64,000 bases of DNA from Camelus dromedarius (lineage: Eukaryota): positions 32,428,001 through 32,492,000 of the forward strand of contig NC_087437.1 in assembly GCF_036321535.1 (NCBI RefSeq), written 5' to 3'. The notes beneath the pieces are model-generated. The model worked only from the letters and a program-made list of their open reading frames with translations, did no database searches and had not been told where the DNA came from. Shown here piece after piece: positions 52,921-64,000 of this stretch. The position numbers and the translations under genes are program-made. Each line of letters starts with the position of its first letter. Position 1 is the stretch's first letter.

Positions 52921-53460
52921 ACAAAGAAATATGTGACTGGACTAGTTCACACGGTGGTGCCAAGAAATGTCAATTCCCTTTACCTTTCTGTCTTCAGTCT
53001 GCTCATCTGTAGTGTGAGGGAGTATTAGACAGGTTCCAAATGGCCTCCTAGCTCCACCTTTCCCTGACTCTAAAACCTTCCTCCATTTCCCTCTTGGAGC
53101 ACATTTTACATGCCATGCACTGTGTTGTATCCTGGGGGCATAATGGTGGGCACTATCCTTGTCACGAAGAAGCGTATTACTCCAGCAAGGCAGCATTTTG
53201 ACAGTAATTATTTATCAGCAATAGCAGGAGAGTGAGTTGCCCAACAGTCACCTTTATGTGAGGAATGGATGGTCAAGGTTCCCCGTCTCAGAATATTTTC
53301 CCTAAAACCTGAAAATTTTCTGAAATGCAATTTTTTGAAGTTTGAATTATTGAATGGGAGAGAAAATATATCAATCTATTTTTGGTTAATGCTTTCGTGA
53401 AATTAGTTAATGGTGAGATAAGAGCTGTAAGGAAATGAAGGGGAGAGGGATAGATGCCTA

Positions 53461-53539
53461 GAATGATGGCAGAGGTGGGAAGGAAGCAGAGAGGAGATGA
53501 ATGATGGCAGAGTTGGGAAGGAAGCAGAGAGGAGATGAA
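53461..53539. repeat. 38-bp tandem duplication
   Basis: GAATGATGGCAGAG(G/T)TGGGAAGGAAGCAGAGAGGAGAT x2 with one mismatch, followed by GAA. Confidence 0.95.
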
Positions 53540-54834
53540 GTATGCCAAACACCAGGCTCCAAATCTGTAGTATCTGTGCTGAGGTGGACTCCCCTTTCCC
53601 CAGGACTCACCTAACCAGCCTCTGTGGGCCAAGTTCTAGAATACAACTTTGGGTTCTGGAAGCTTCCTCAAGAGGGAAGGGTTGACTATATGGCACACTC
53701 TAGCTTCCTAGATTTCCCATGATAACTCTTTTTAAACAAGCTCCATAACCTAAGTAATTTTAGTTTCCAGCTTTATCTGGGCTTTTGCTGACTCCATTAA
53801 CTCCCAAATAAAGCTGAGAGGATGAGCACACACTTAATTTTCTTTGTTCTTTTATGGAAAAAAAAATTTTTTTAATTAGTCTAGAGGCTTTTTATTTTTT
53901 TTCTTTACAATTATACCCTCTCCTCCTACTTAGATTCATTAGTTTGGAATGTGAAAATGGCTGTGGTAAAACATGGAAATTGTTGGGATTTTCTTGTCTT
54001 AAGAAATTCAGAGGAGATGCACAGGAATGGGTCTCCTGAACCAAAAAGTGAGCAGTGATGACCAAATCAAATTAGTCCAGGAGCTGCCTCCAAATCCACA
54101 TGTCCATTTCTTTTCCATGTTTGCTATCTGAGGAAGACAATGTCTTGACATCTCTCTGTAAGAAGTAAAAAGACCTCCCTCACACTCTTCTGTCCTTAAT
54201 ATGAAATTTGGGATTTTGCCAGCTTCTCAGTCACTTCCTGATGACTCTCAATGCTGAACTGGCATTTCTTTGGCCTTGAGAAGGGAACAGAGAGAGGACT
54301 GGCCACTTTCCAAAGGAGACATAGGAGCAGAAGGAGGGTATGGAGGATGCTCCCCTTGGCATTGAATTTTTAGGAACAGTGAATCTTGTCCCTAAGGCAT
54401 TTGGGGCTCCTCCCCTAATTCTTTCAGGAGCATGGTCTGCTTTGTGAGGGGTACCTCTGCACATCCTGGTGACAGAAATGGAGGCATCCAAAGAGGGAGC
54501 TAGTTTGGGAAAAGGGGGAAAAGACTGTTTTAAGCATATTAAGTAAACCTTGTAGTATAGTAGGACATACTAATGGAAATGGCCTACAGCAAGTGATGAG
54601 ATATCTGAGATTGGAGTCCAGGACTTGGGTCAGGATTATGAGACATTGATATTGAGGGTCATCTATAAGGAGCTGAGGACTGAAGTGAAAGTTTGTTAGG
54701 GATAAGGATAGCCAGAAACGAGCAGATGTGACGCTCGTCCTGGAAGAGGCATCTGCTACAGATGTTCCCTATTTATGACCATCCTCCACAAGAGTCCTTA
54801 GCCCTGACCGTTCTAATTCTGCCTCCAAACCAAG

Positions 54835-54955
54835 CATGATAACAGTATTAGAATCACCTGGAAGCTTTGTGACGCTACCAATGCCTGATACCCACCCCCA
54901 GTTATTTACTTACATGATCTTGGGTCCAGGCATTTGGAATTCTACAAATTCACCA
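54835..54955. mobile_element. hAT-Charlie MITE fragment (MER5-like)
   Basis: 'attagaatcacctggaagctttg..atgcctgatacccacccccag..gggtccaggcatttgga'. Confidence 0.6.
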
Positions 54956-54959
54956 CTGT

Positions 54960-55235
54960 GTGGTGACAGTATTGCGGTTTTATTTCAGAAGTGGAGACTT
55001 CATCTTTTAGAGATACAAAATGAAATATTTATAGATGAAATGTTATTATGTCTGGGATTTACTTCAATATAATGAGGCAGGTTCAGGGAGTGGGTAAGGT
55101 ATAGAAGAAGCAAGATCGGCCATAAGTTGACAACAGTTGAAGTTGAGTGAAGAGTACATGGGGGTCCTCTGTGTTTTGCCTTCTATTTTAACTAAGATTT
55201 TAAAGTCTACATAATAAAAAATTTAAGAATAAATA
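54960..55235 (+). mobile_element. Ancient L1MC-like 3' end
   Basis: 'cttttagagatacaaaatgaaatatttatagatgaaatg..gtctgggatttacttcaatataat..agatcggccataagttgacaacagttgaagttgagtgaagagtacatggggg..cataataaaaa'. Confidence 0.8.
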
Positions 55236-58084
55236 TAATCTCTTTCTAGGCAATTCCACACTGTGCCATGTTAAAGGAGCCCCCCCACCTCGGACACAGG
55301 TTCTTCATAAGTACAGCCCCTCTCCTGATTCCTCAGCACCATCAGCTGTGACTGTCAGACTTCAATGAAGATCCCATCCCAGGCTGAGAGCTTTCTTGCT
55401 CCTTCTAACTCTTCTAGCCTAGAACTGAGAGGTCTAATAGCAATCTGTACCCCCATCCTAAATTCCCCAGCAATAAAATGACAGTTCCAGGAGAAACACT
55501 CATGAAGATGGCAGAATTACCCAGAGCAATTATAGTGCATTTCTTAACCCCTAATTACAGGTAACAGACAACATGCCTGATGCATGTACTCCAAATTCTT
55601 TGACTGAAAACTAAGCACCTCTTAAAGTTGTTCTACTCTAGACACATACTTTCAAAAGAGATACATTGGGGGATTCTCCTTCCCAGTCCACCCATGGTAG
55701 GTAAAAGAAGAGGTGGCAATTCACAAACAACTGAAATGCTGATAAATTTCAGTTACTTTTATAAACAAGTTCAGTTTTGTTCCACTTATAACACAAAGCT
55801 TTCCTCAGATCAGCATTTTCAAACAGCTAATTAACCTCCTTCAAACAATCAGGAGCAGCTGGTGGATCAGAAGCGGTTCTATTTTAAATATGAAATAGAA
55901 CTGAACAGAAAATATCACAGTGCCTCACATGTGCTGGTGGTAAATACTGTTTTTGTGAACATTCGTTTCACTAATTGTGTATGTGTATATAAATGTGTGT
56001 GTGTTTAATATGTCTTAATGTAAAATAGTCAAAATCATTTAAAATCTACTTTCTTTGAACCTGACTTTTTATGCTCAGTTCCATGGCAAACTCCCTTTCC
56101 CTTCACCTGAAGGTGAATCAGGAAGGTCTGGAGCTTGCAGCAGACCACAGGTGAGTGAAGAAGTCAGGGGTCTGAAAGATGAATTAGATCAAGATCTAGG
56201 AACAGGCAGTCCAGGGAGGGGAAACAAGTAGCAGAGCTGGATCCAGCAAGCAGAGTAGGTCAAATCAGGCACTGAGAATGTCAGGCAGATCCAGGTGCAG
56301 AACTAGATGGCGTGGCTCTGGAATCCCTACCTTCCAAGGAGCTCAAGAATGGCAATCTCATTAGAAGGGGTGTTGAAGCATAAAGCTGTATTTGCTTGGC
56401 AGAGTTGGACTGTACCTTTTTGGAGTGGGTCTAGTGGGTTGTGACGGAAATAATGGGGACACTAAAACCCATTAACACATGCCACCAAGTCACCCCCTTG
56501 ACATGACCAATAGGGCTAAGGCAGCAGAAGTCAGTAAAAATCAAAGTGGATTCTGAGACTCAGGACCCCAAGGAACTCTTACTCCAGCCCTGTTGTTTCT
56601 CCAGCTGCCTGTTGGGTGCAGGAGCATCAGCGCCCTCCTGCTGGTGGGGGGCCTTCCAGCCTCTGAGGAGGCCTGTTGGTGACACCCACAGCAGGTGTCC
56701 GGGTGAGACCTAACAGCCACCTGAGATAGGCCAATAACAAAGAAGAGGGGTGGAAATGAATTCAAGAGGTATTACAAAGGTGGAATTGACAGATTTTCTC
56801 AATTTGCTGGAAGTTGGGGGTGGTGGCAGAGAGAGGGAGCACTCAGAGACTGTTGGCTAGCAATCTGGAGACTGAGTTACTGGGTGGTCTCTCTTTGGGC
56901 AGTCTGTGCTCCAAGGTCACAGGGTTACACTGAGTTGCTTACCCCAGGACAGCTTGAGTAGTCTATTAGAAACAACTCGGGAAGACATAATGGGATTGGA
57001 GGTCTCCACTGTGAGGGTCAAGGAACTAGAGCAGGGCATTTGCTACACAATAATCAAAGACTGTCAGAACAGTCATGCTGATAATAATAATATCCGAACC
57101 CTGCACTTGACCACATGAGCAAAGGTCTGTAAATACACTTGGCCCTGCGTGGTTCCTAACAGAGGTTCTGTCACTGCTAGTTCCATTTAAACTGTAGAGG
57201 GTGTTTTCCCAAACATGGACATCGTCCCATTTGAGTCTCACACCAACGTGTAAGGGAGAAAAATGGTGTTAACTCCATTTCAGAGACTATAAAACTAAGT
57301 CTTCACCCAATTAAAAGAGAATTTGACAAACCCAGTGAGAAGGGTTTGGGCTTAAAACTTAAGTCTTCTACTGCCTCACCTTTGGAAAACAAGCACAGGG
57401 GATTTCTGCCAACATTCAGGACCAAGGGAATAGGGATCCGTTCCTGAGAAATAAAAAAGAATCAAAACAGTTAAATTCTGGTAAGCAGTTCCAGGTAAGT
57501 GACTAAGTAAATAGGGGATTATTTAAGCACTGAGACATTACTTATCAGCTGACAATAAACTCGAGAGCAAGAAGCCCTGAAAAGAGACAATCCAAGGTGA
57601 AAACAACCTGGTTAAATATAATCAAATTTTTTTTAAAAGAGTGTATCTTTTGAACTCAAGAATGTTTTATACGTACATAACATATATAACATATATATAT
57701 AATTTATATCATTACATTTATATATATTTGGTATTGCATTATTCTGTTTGCTATTTGAATTGTTTATGATGAAAATGAAATTAAATAATTTCTACTCCAT
57801 TATTACAATTACAGGAGGCCCTCCTTCTCTAAGGTTAATTGGTATCTAGAAAGGCTTTAAGTTCTCTTAAAATAGAGAGATAATAAGTAGTGGAAGACAA
57901 AAGCTTCTAGTGTAAGTTTAACCTAAAAAAATGAAACTAAAATTATGAAAGTAAGTTTTATACTATATTTAACAAAGTGTAGATCATAACTGCAACTAAT
58001 CGCTAATTCTTAGAAGGAAAAAAGAATGTATCAAGTACTAATTGGTTTGATTGGAATTTATATAACTTTTCAATCACAATAATA

Positions 58085-58345
58085 GCAAAATAACAGCAAT
58101 CTTCACTTTACACATGCCCTAGAGGATCCTAGGAAAGGTCATTTTCACAAATAGACCCAAGAGCTTCAGAAATTTTTCCAAGAAAAAAAATTGAGATGTC
58201 AATGATTCTCTTTTGAATGTCTACGGTGAAGCTATCCCTCTTGACTTTTTGTTAACCCGGACAGATCCTCATTTGTCAATGATTCTACATATGATTGAAG
58301 TAATTCTCCAACAACACTTTTATCAACTTCATGAAATCTTGCACC
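58085..58345 (-). mobile_element. Tigger/pogo transposase C-terminal fossil
   Basis: Minus strand translates to FHEVDKSVVGELLQSYVESLTNEDL and, further on, ISEALGSICEND. Both resemble the Tigger C-terminal 'F.EVDE.DV.ELL.SH...LTNEDL' and 'AL.YF.ENDP' motifs. Confidence 0.7.
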
Positions 58346-59759
58346 TTTTGCAGAACTTCCCATTTCCCCCTGCAATCAATTTCCCTTGTGTTTGCATTTT
58401 ATTGTCAGATGTTTGCCACCTCAGAAACCCAGCAGGAGCCAGCAGACAAACACACTGATGTTGAAAGGGAGCTAATTTTATAGAAGGTCACTCTAGTAAT
58501 GTTTTATGATACAATAACTTTCACTCGGAAACTAAGGAAACTGAGATATTGAACACTCAAATGATGAAAACCTCCTGTAATGACTTTTTCTTGTACCCAC
58601 ATGGTAAGTGTGGAATGATAAAGCTCACGTGTGAAAAATCTAAGCTATCTATGCCCAGAGGCTGCCCCTTCCCTCCATCAACTCTTTCCACCAGAAGTCA
58701 GAACTCTCATCACTTGGGGGCAGCACCACAGGTAAAGAAATTCAGGGTGTGCTCAACAGCCCCAGTAGGGAAATCCCTGACATCCCAAGTCAAGAGCAAC
58801 ACATCACAGACATAGAGCCGAACGGAACTCTTGACACCAGTCTCGGAGATCTGAGGATATCAGCACTTTCCTCAGGCCTGCTCTGGTTGCCACTCCTCCT
58901 GGTGCTGTCCCTTAGAGTCACAGAAACCTAGCTTCTCTTAGCAGCTGAACAGAGAGGAAAGATGGTAGCTCATTGGAATTAGCAGATCAGAGGAAGAGAA
59001 ACCACCAGTCCCATCTGCTATGATCCATAAATAGAGACAGTTTTACATGTGTGTCTGTGGAAGGCAGTTTAGTGGAAAGGAATGTACATCTTCAGATAAG
59101 GCCAATTGCATTAGCAATACTGCTGGAATTCTTGAAAACCAGCGATGTCAGTAGAGTTAGAGTTCCAGGCTTGAGGTCAGGAAGCAGTTACTTGGATGAG
59201 GGTCTTCCTTTTGGCCACCACATCAGCAATAGTCTCTCCTGTGACTTTTTTCACTCAAGAAAAGATTCTGGTTGAGTGAGTCATCTTCTTTCTAGGCCAA
59301 GAAATAAAATTTCTGAAATCCTTAGGGTAATACTTTGGAGAAGTGGTTCAAAACTAAAAACTTGTGATCCTAGCCAATCACATTCTCTGCAAGGCTCACT
59401 GAGACCAAGTTTTTCACTTGATAAATATGGTGAGAGCTTAAAATAGACAGTGCTTTGGAGGTAATGAAATCCCTCACACTCATATATGGCATTTCTTGCT
59501 GATTCCAAAAATGGCAAGGATGTAAAAACTAGAGTCTGTTTCCAGGACACATAGATCTAGGGAGAAGTCTGCCCAGCATTGGTTATATGTAAACTAAGTT
59601 TGGTCCCTCAATGCTGGGCAACATTATTATGAGAAGGACAAAGTGGTACCTATTAATGGTGAATAGGAGACATGCAATTTTTGGAGCAGGATATGTACTA
59701 GAATACAGAGGTAAGTTAAGACCCATTGAAATAACAGTAACTGAGTAAGAACCCATGTG

Positions 59760-61110
59760 AAAAGACTGAGAATGGCTACCTGCAAGAATAGGCCATTTCC
59801 ACTAAGTGGAAGTTCACTAATCGCATGCCCAGTCTACCTGCAGAGAGGCTGGAAGATACAAGTGAGCACATGGAATATTTAGATTTACTAAATCAGCCAC
59901 AATCCGCCTGTCTTATCACCAAGCATTTCTTTGTTTCCTTCTTCCCACACAGAATACACTTAACTCCTTTGCAAGGGAGACAAGTCAAAGTTCCATCCAG
60001 CCACTGCCTTCAATTAAAAGTTGATCTTTCTGGGTGATGTCCCATTGTCTCTCCATCAGATTCAGTTAAATGTGATTTTTCAAGCCCTGGAGTCCTGATT
60101 TTACAAAAGATGAGTTGCCTGTTCTCTCTCCACATATAGGCAAGTGTACACACACACGTCCACTAAGATGTCTGTAAATACTTCCATTTGGAAAGAGAAG
60201 AATGGGGGAAACAGCAACCACTGAGCTGTAGCAATTCTGGAATCCAGCTGGCCAGACCAGGAAGATCTCCTACCCTGGGGATGGAAGGCTCCTTGGTTAG
60301 GCTATGATTCTGCTTCTCTGAGAAGCAGCTCCCTTTTTCATTGTTCTCGATGGCTCTTAGAATCTTCCTCTAGAAGATGCTTCTTTCCCCTTATTCCTTG
60401 GCCACATCTGAAGTGAGCTTTACGGAATCTGGATTCCTGGGGCTATTTGGCTTTCTCAACTTGCTTCCTACTCATTGACTATTAGGGGTCCCTGGATTAT
60501 TTAAAGTTCTGAATATTCAGATACCTTTTTATGGTTGCTTCAGTTGTGTAGTTGCCTAAAAACCCTTTGTTCTTCACTTCACTGGAAGTCCCTTTCACTG
60601 TGAAATGAAGAGCAGAGTTCATTGAGTCCTTTTCTTTTCCACTTTATAAACCAATTAACCCCTCCTTAGCTTATCTCTTTCTTGTAACATCTTGCCAAAC
60701 ACTGCCAATAATATCACACAAAACTAAAGTCCTATTTCTCACTCTGTCAGAGCACCACACATTTATTAGGTAAGGGATCTGCCTGCCTGGTTATTAGAAG
60801 CAACAGTTTACTGGAATATTTTGCCACAACATATCAGCGATCATTATCTTTCCAGCTTCTGTACTAGTTTCCTCACAACTCACCCCTGATGACTAAGACA
60901 ATGCCATGTATTTTAGGTTTTTTAATGGCAGCACCCCACTTCAACACAAGAAGTTTTATAATGGTACAAGTTTCCACAACAGACCAATCCCCACATCTCG
61001 GTGACTTAGCTCAACAAAAACTCCACTTGCTCACGTAAAGTCTTAACACAAAACAGCAGGAGCCCTCTTGCATTCAGCGACTGAGGAAGCTTCCTCCATC
61101 ACTAGAGCCT
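59760..61110 (-). mobile_element. Degenerate MaLR provirus remnant (LTR, internal region, LTR pieces; MLT1J/K/L-like)
   Basis: LTR-like end 'cccagtctacctgcagagaggctggaaga..gtgagcac..gccaca'; internal-like 'tgccatgtattttaggtttttt..ggcagcaccccacttc'; second LTR start 'atccccacatctcggtgacttagctcaacaaaa..ttgctcacgt'. Confidence 0.55.
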
Positions 61111-61316
61111 GATCAACCTTGGGCCAGCTTATAAAATTTAAGTACTGAACTTTTAAAGGGACTGGCCAGTCCCTTGCACATGGTGACAATCAAGGGACAA
61201 GCCCAGCCTCAATGGACATAGACACCTTCTGTCTCTTCTTGGTCCTTTGTGGGGACACCATATGCTTTTGTACCTATACCTTTTTAAAGTATTGGTTTGT
61301 AAGTCTTTGTCGGTTA

Positions 61317-61430
61317 TAGAGCAACCAACTATCTTGGTCTACTTGAGATCCAAAGGGTTCCTGGGACATGGAACCTTTAGTGCTAAAACTAGGAAAGTCC
61401 CAGGCAAACTGGGACAAGCTGGTCACCTTA
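61317..61430 (-). mobile_element. hAT-Blackjack MITE (MER81-like)
   Basis: 114 bp with TIRs TAGAGCAACCAAC..GCTGGTCACCTTA; internal 'tttagtgctaaaactaggaaagtcccaggcaaactgggac'. Confidence 0.8.
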
Positions 61431-63559
61431 GTCATTGTTCTCAAAAAAAAGCAGACAAAAATAAAAAGATGCCCATATCTGAAGAAACTGCCTTGGAAGT
61501 CATCATCTTCATACTCCTACCACCATGAACACACATGACCTACTTTCCAAAAGAGGACAGAAGCTCCTGGACAAACAGCCTGGCTCACATTTTTGTGTGA
61601 CTTTGATTAAGTAAGAAACCTTTGTTGTGCTCTTTTAAAAGTTAAAATATGTGCAAACCCACCCCCAATACAAAGCATGTAGATGAAGTCATAACAGGAT
61701 TCAGAGAGGGAAATATTTAACAGAACATCCATAGGCAAAACGTCTCAGCCCCAAAAGAGACCAGGGTCATGGTCTCTGCATTCAGCAAGAGTTCATTGTG
61801 AGCCTGAAGAAAGACTCGCTTAGGGCCCTGGAGTTATGATGAAGTAGGTCAATTTTCAAAATAAACGTTCATTATATTTTACTCTTTGAAGAAAAATGCT
61901 GCTTGGCCTTAAACAAATTAAGAGTATTCAGGCTTTTTATTTGGGGCGTTTTTCAGTGGAATATTATTAAAAATAATTACAGGCTGTGGATTTAATCTAA
62001 AACACAATCAGCACCCCCAAAGTCCCCTACAGTGAGTTAAAGCATCCTCCTTCTCAAAATTCAAAATTAAGTGGAAATTCAGATTAGTTTTGATTTATAA
62101 CCACATTATGAACTATTTAATATTTTCAAGAAGTCATTCCCCGTGCCCATATTAAATTAATTTACAACAGAATATTATATAATTTATACATGCACACATA
62201 TAATAAATTATAGCCCAACTATATAACTCTACATGTATAATTAATTACATTAACCATCTACATTTTAAGCCCACAATTAGATAACCCTTAAAGACAAACC
62301 CGTTAGCATTTTTTAATAAATACTTGTGTTTGGAGCTGTTTAACAGAGCACCTGATAGCTGATAGAGCAGTGTTAACATCTGTTCCATTATTTCCAGAGG
62401 ACGTTGGTTGAACGCAATACTATTCACATAAAATATGCATTTGTTCTAGACTGTCAAGTACCTCTATTATTTTATTAAAAAGTCAAAAAAGAATATAATC
62501 AGACTTCATAATTTATGTGTGACATTTTCATTACAGAAAACTTTATGCAAAATTGAATTCCAAAATTTAATTTCCTGTGATGTTTAAATTACTTACTATC
62601 TGGCTCCTCTCCAAACATCGTGATCATTGAAGGCCCCATATGAATTCTATTAAGGATACATTTTGCTGTTGCCAGAATATACAGGGTATTTTTCTAAGTA
62701 ACACTAAGAGTATGCTTCTTAAATATATTTTGTGCCAGTTTAGTTTTTCTCACACAGGAAAGAAAAGCAGGAACTTTTCTTTCTTTAAAAAAAAAAAAAA
62801 CCCACCGACAGATTTTCTCTGCTTCTCTCCTTCCCACCTGGCCTGTGACCTCTTATTCCTGATACTTTAACCCAAAAGAAGCCAGGCTGGTCCAGCCTTG
62901 TCAGTTAGGGCTCACCACATCACAGGAGAATAACCAGGTTCCCTCTGGCTTTCTTTTTCTTTGAGACATTCCGCAGAAGAAGCTTTGTCCTGGGTAGAGC
63001 CCACGGTGGGGACATCTGACCCTCTCTCTCATCACCCACTTGATATGATGGTGGGTAACTCCTTCCCCATTCCCTTTGCTGCACGTCAGTGGGAGGAACC
63101 TGACTTAACATCACTCCCAAGGTGTTTTGAGAAACCTGAAGATGGCATGGCACCTCCCAGCTGCAAGGGGAAATAGGGCTGCTTGCTACCATTGAGCAAT
63201 AATTTAAGTAATGAGGCTTTGTGGGAAGGAGGGTACCACCAGCAGAGTTACCCTGATGTATTCTCTGGCAGAAGACAGACTTCCAAAATGGCATTTTAAG
63301 TGGGGAAATCATGGAACTGTCAGCAGTGAGGGAGGAGGAAAAAGTGTAAACGATTGTCCGTCAGTCAAGGGGTGGCAGGCTTCCCAGCTGAGGGCTGCCC
63401 TACACAGCCAGCCAGTAGTCCTGGGATTCGCCAGCCATCCATTCCACCAAAGGGAGTTCCAAGGCCAGGCACCACAAGATAGGCTTGGAATACAATGAGG
63501 TACAGGACAGGCTTCTTGCCTCGAACAGTTTGTAGTTCAGGAGAAGGGTAAACATCTTA

Positions 63560-63735
63560 CACATTTATGTAAAACTCTACAGCTTACAAAGTGATTTGAC
63601 ACACTGTTTCACTGGATGGTCATTTGCCTGTGAGGCAGGGGGCCAGGCATGAATCCATCTAATGAGAGAAATGTCTCACTCCAGTAATTTTTCAGAGGTT
63701 ACACCACAAGTAAGTGACCAGGCCTGGACAATCCA
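63560..63735 (-). mobile_element. MIR/MIR3-like fragment
   Basis: 'acatttatgtaaaactctacagcttacaaagtgatttgacacac..cctgtgaggcagg..gaggttacaccacaagtaagtgacca'. Confidence 0.55.
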
Positions 63736-64000
63736 CTAGAGCCCAGACAATCCACTTTAGTCAAATCCTAAGCTGGACTTCAATGGAGGAAGTCAGGAAG
63801 CCATAACATGTGTGTGTCCTGATACTGGGCAAGGAGGAGGACCAGCTCATGCTTTCACTCAGGCACCTTCCCGTGGCCCTCTGCAATATTAGAGCAGTAA
63901 CCTCAACTAAGATATTCATCCTTACAGCTCTTCTCATCCGTCTACTACTACAAATGTCTAGCTGGTCCCATTTGGGGCATCTTGAGGAGGTTACCCTGCC

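Noticed and set aside
55870..56050. Possible hAT-Charlie MITE remnant (also near 4900-5055)
   Set aside because: Termini not identifiable and family recall uncertain.
1..64000. Prokaryote-style system, CRISPR array, tRNA/rRNA genes or an intact host CDS
   Set aside because: No regularly spaced repeats, no recognisable structural RNA, and no long non-L1 ORF or convincing exon chain; the content is mammalian repeat-rich non-coding DNA.

Overview
Mammalian non-coding genomic DNA, AT-rich and repeat-dense. I found no intact host gene, RNA gene or CRISPR array. The young L1 3' UTR resembles camelid L1 as I recall it, and I saw no Alu, B1/B2, Bov-A/BovB, PRE-1 or Can-SINE, so a camelid-like cetartiodactyl is my inference. 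The first 17 kb is dominated by plus-strand LINE-1. It holds an RT-dead young L1 ORF2 and 3' end (1-3025) and a multi-layer nest (9404-16973). In the nest, an L2 is split by an older internally deleted L1 carrying about 190 bp of extra 5' sequence. That L1's 5' UTR hosts a short L1 tail and a young ORF1-only 'half-L1' with its own TSD and a short 3' tag. The rest is ancient MIR, L2, L1M, MaLR and DNA-transposon fossils, microsatellites, a 38-bp orphan poly(A) insertion with a perfect 14-bp TSD, and several repeat-poor motif-rich stretches that may be conserved enhancers. Every L1 piece I recognised is on the plus strand, hinting at an intron of a minus-strand gene. Repeat subfamily names are from recall of consensus sequences, not database searches, and boundaries of old repeats are approximate.
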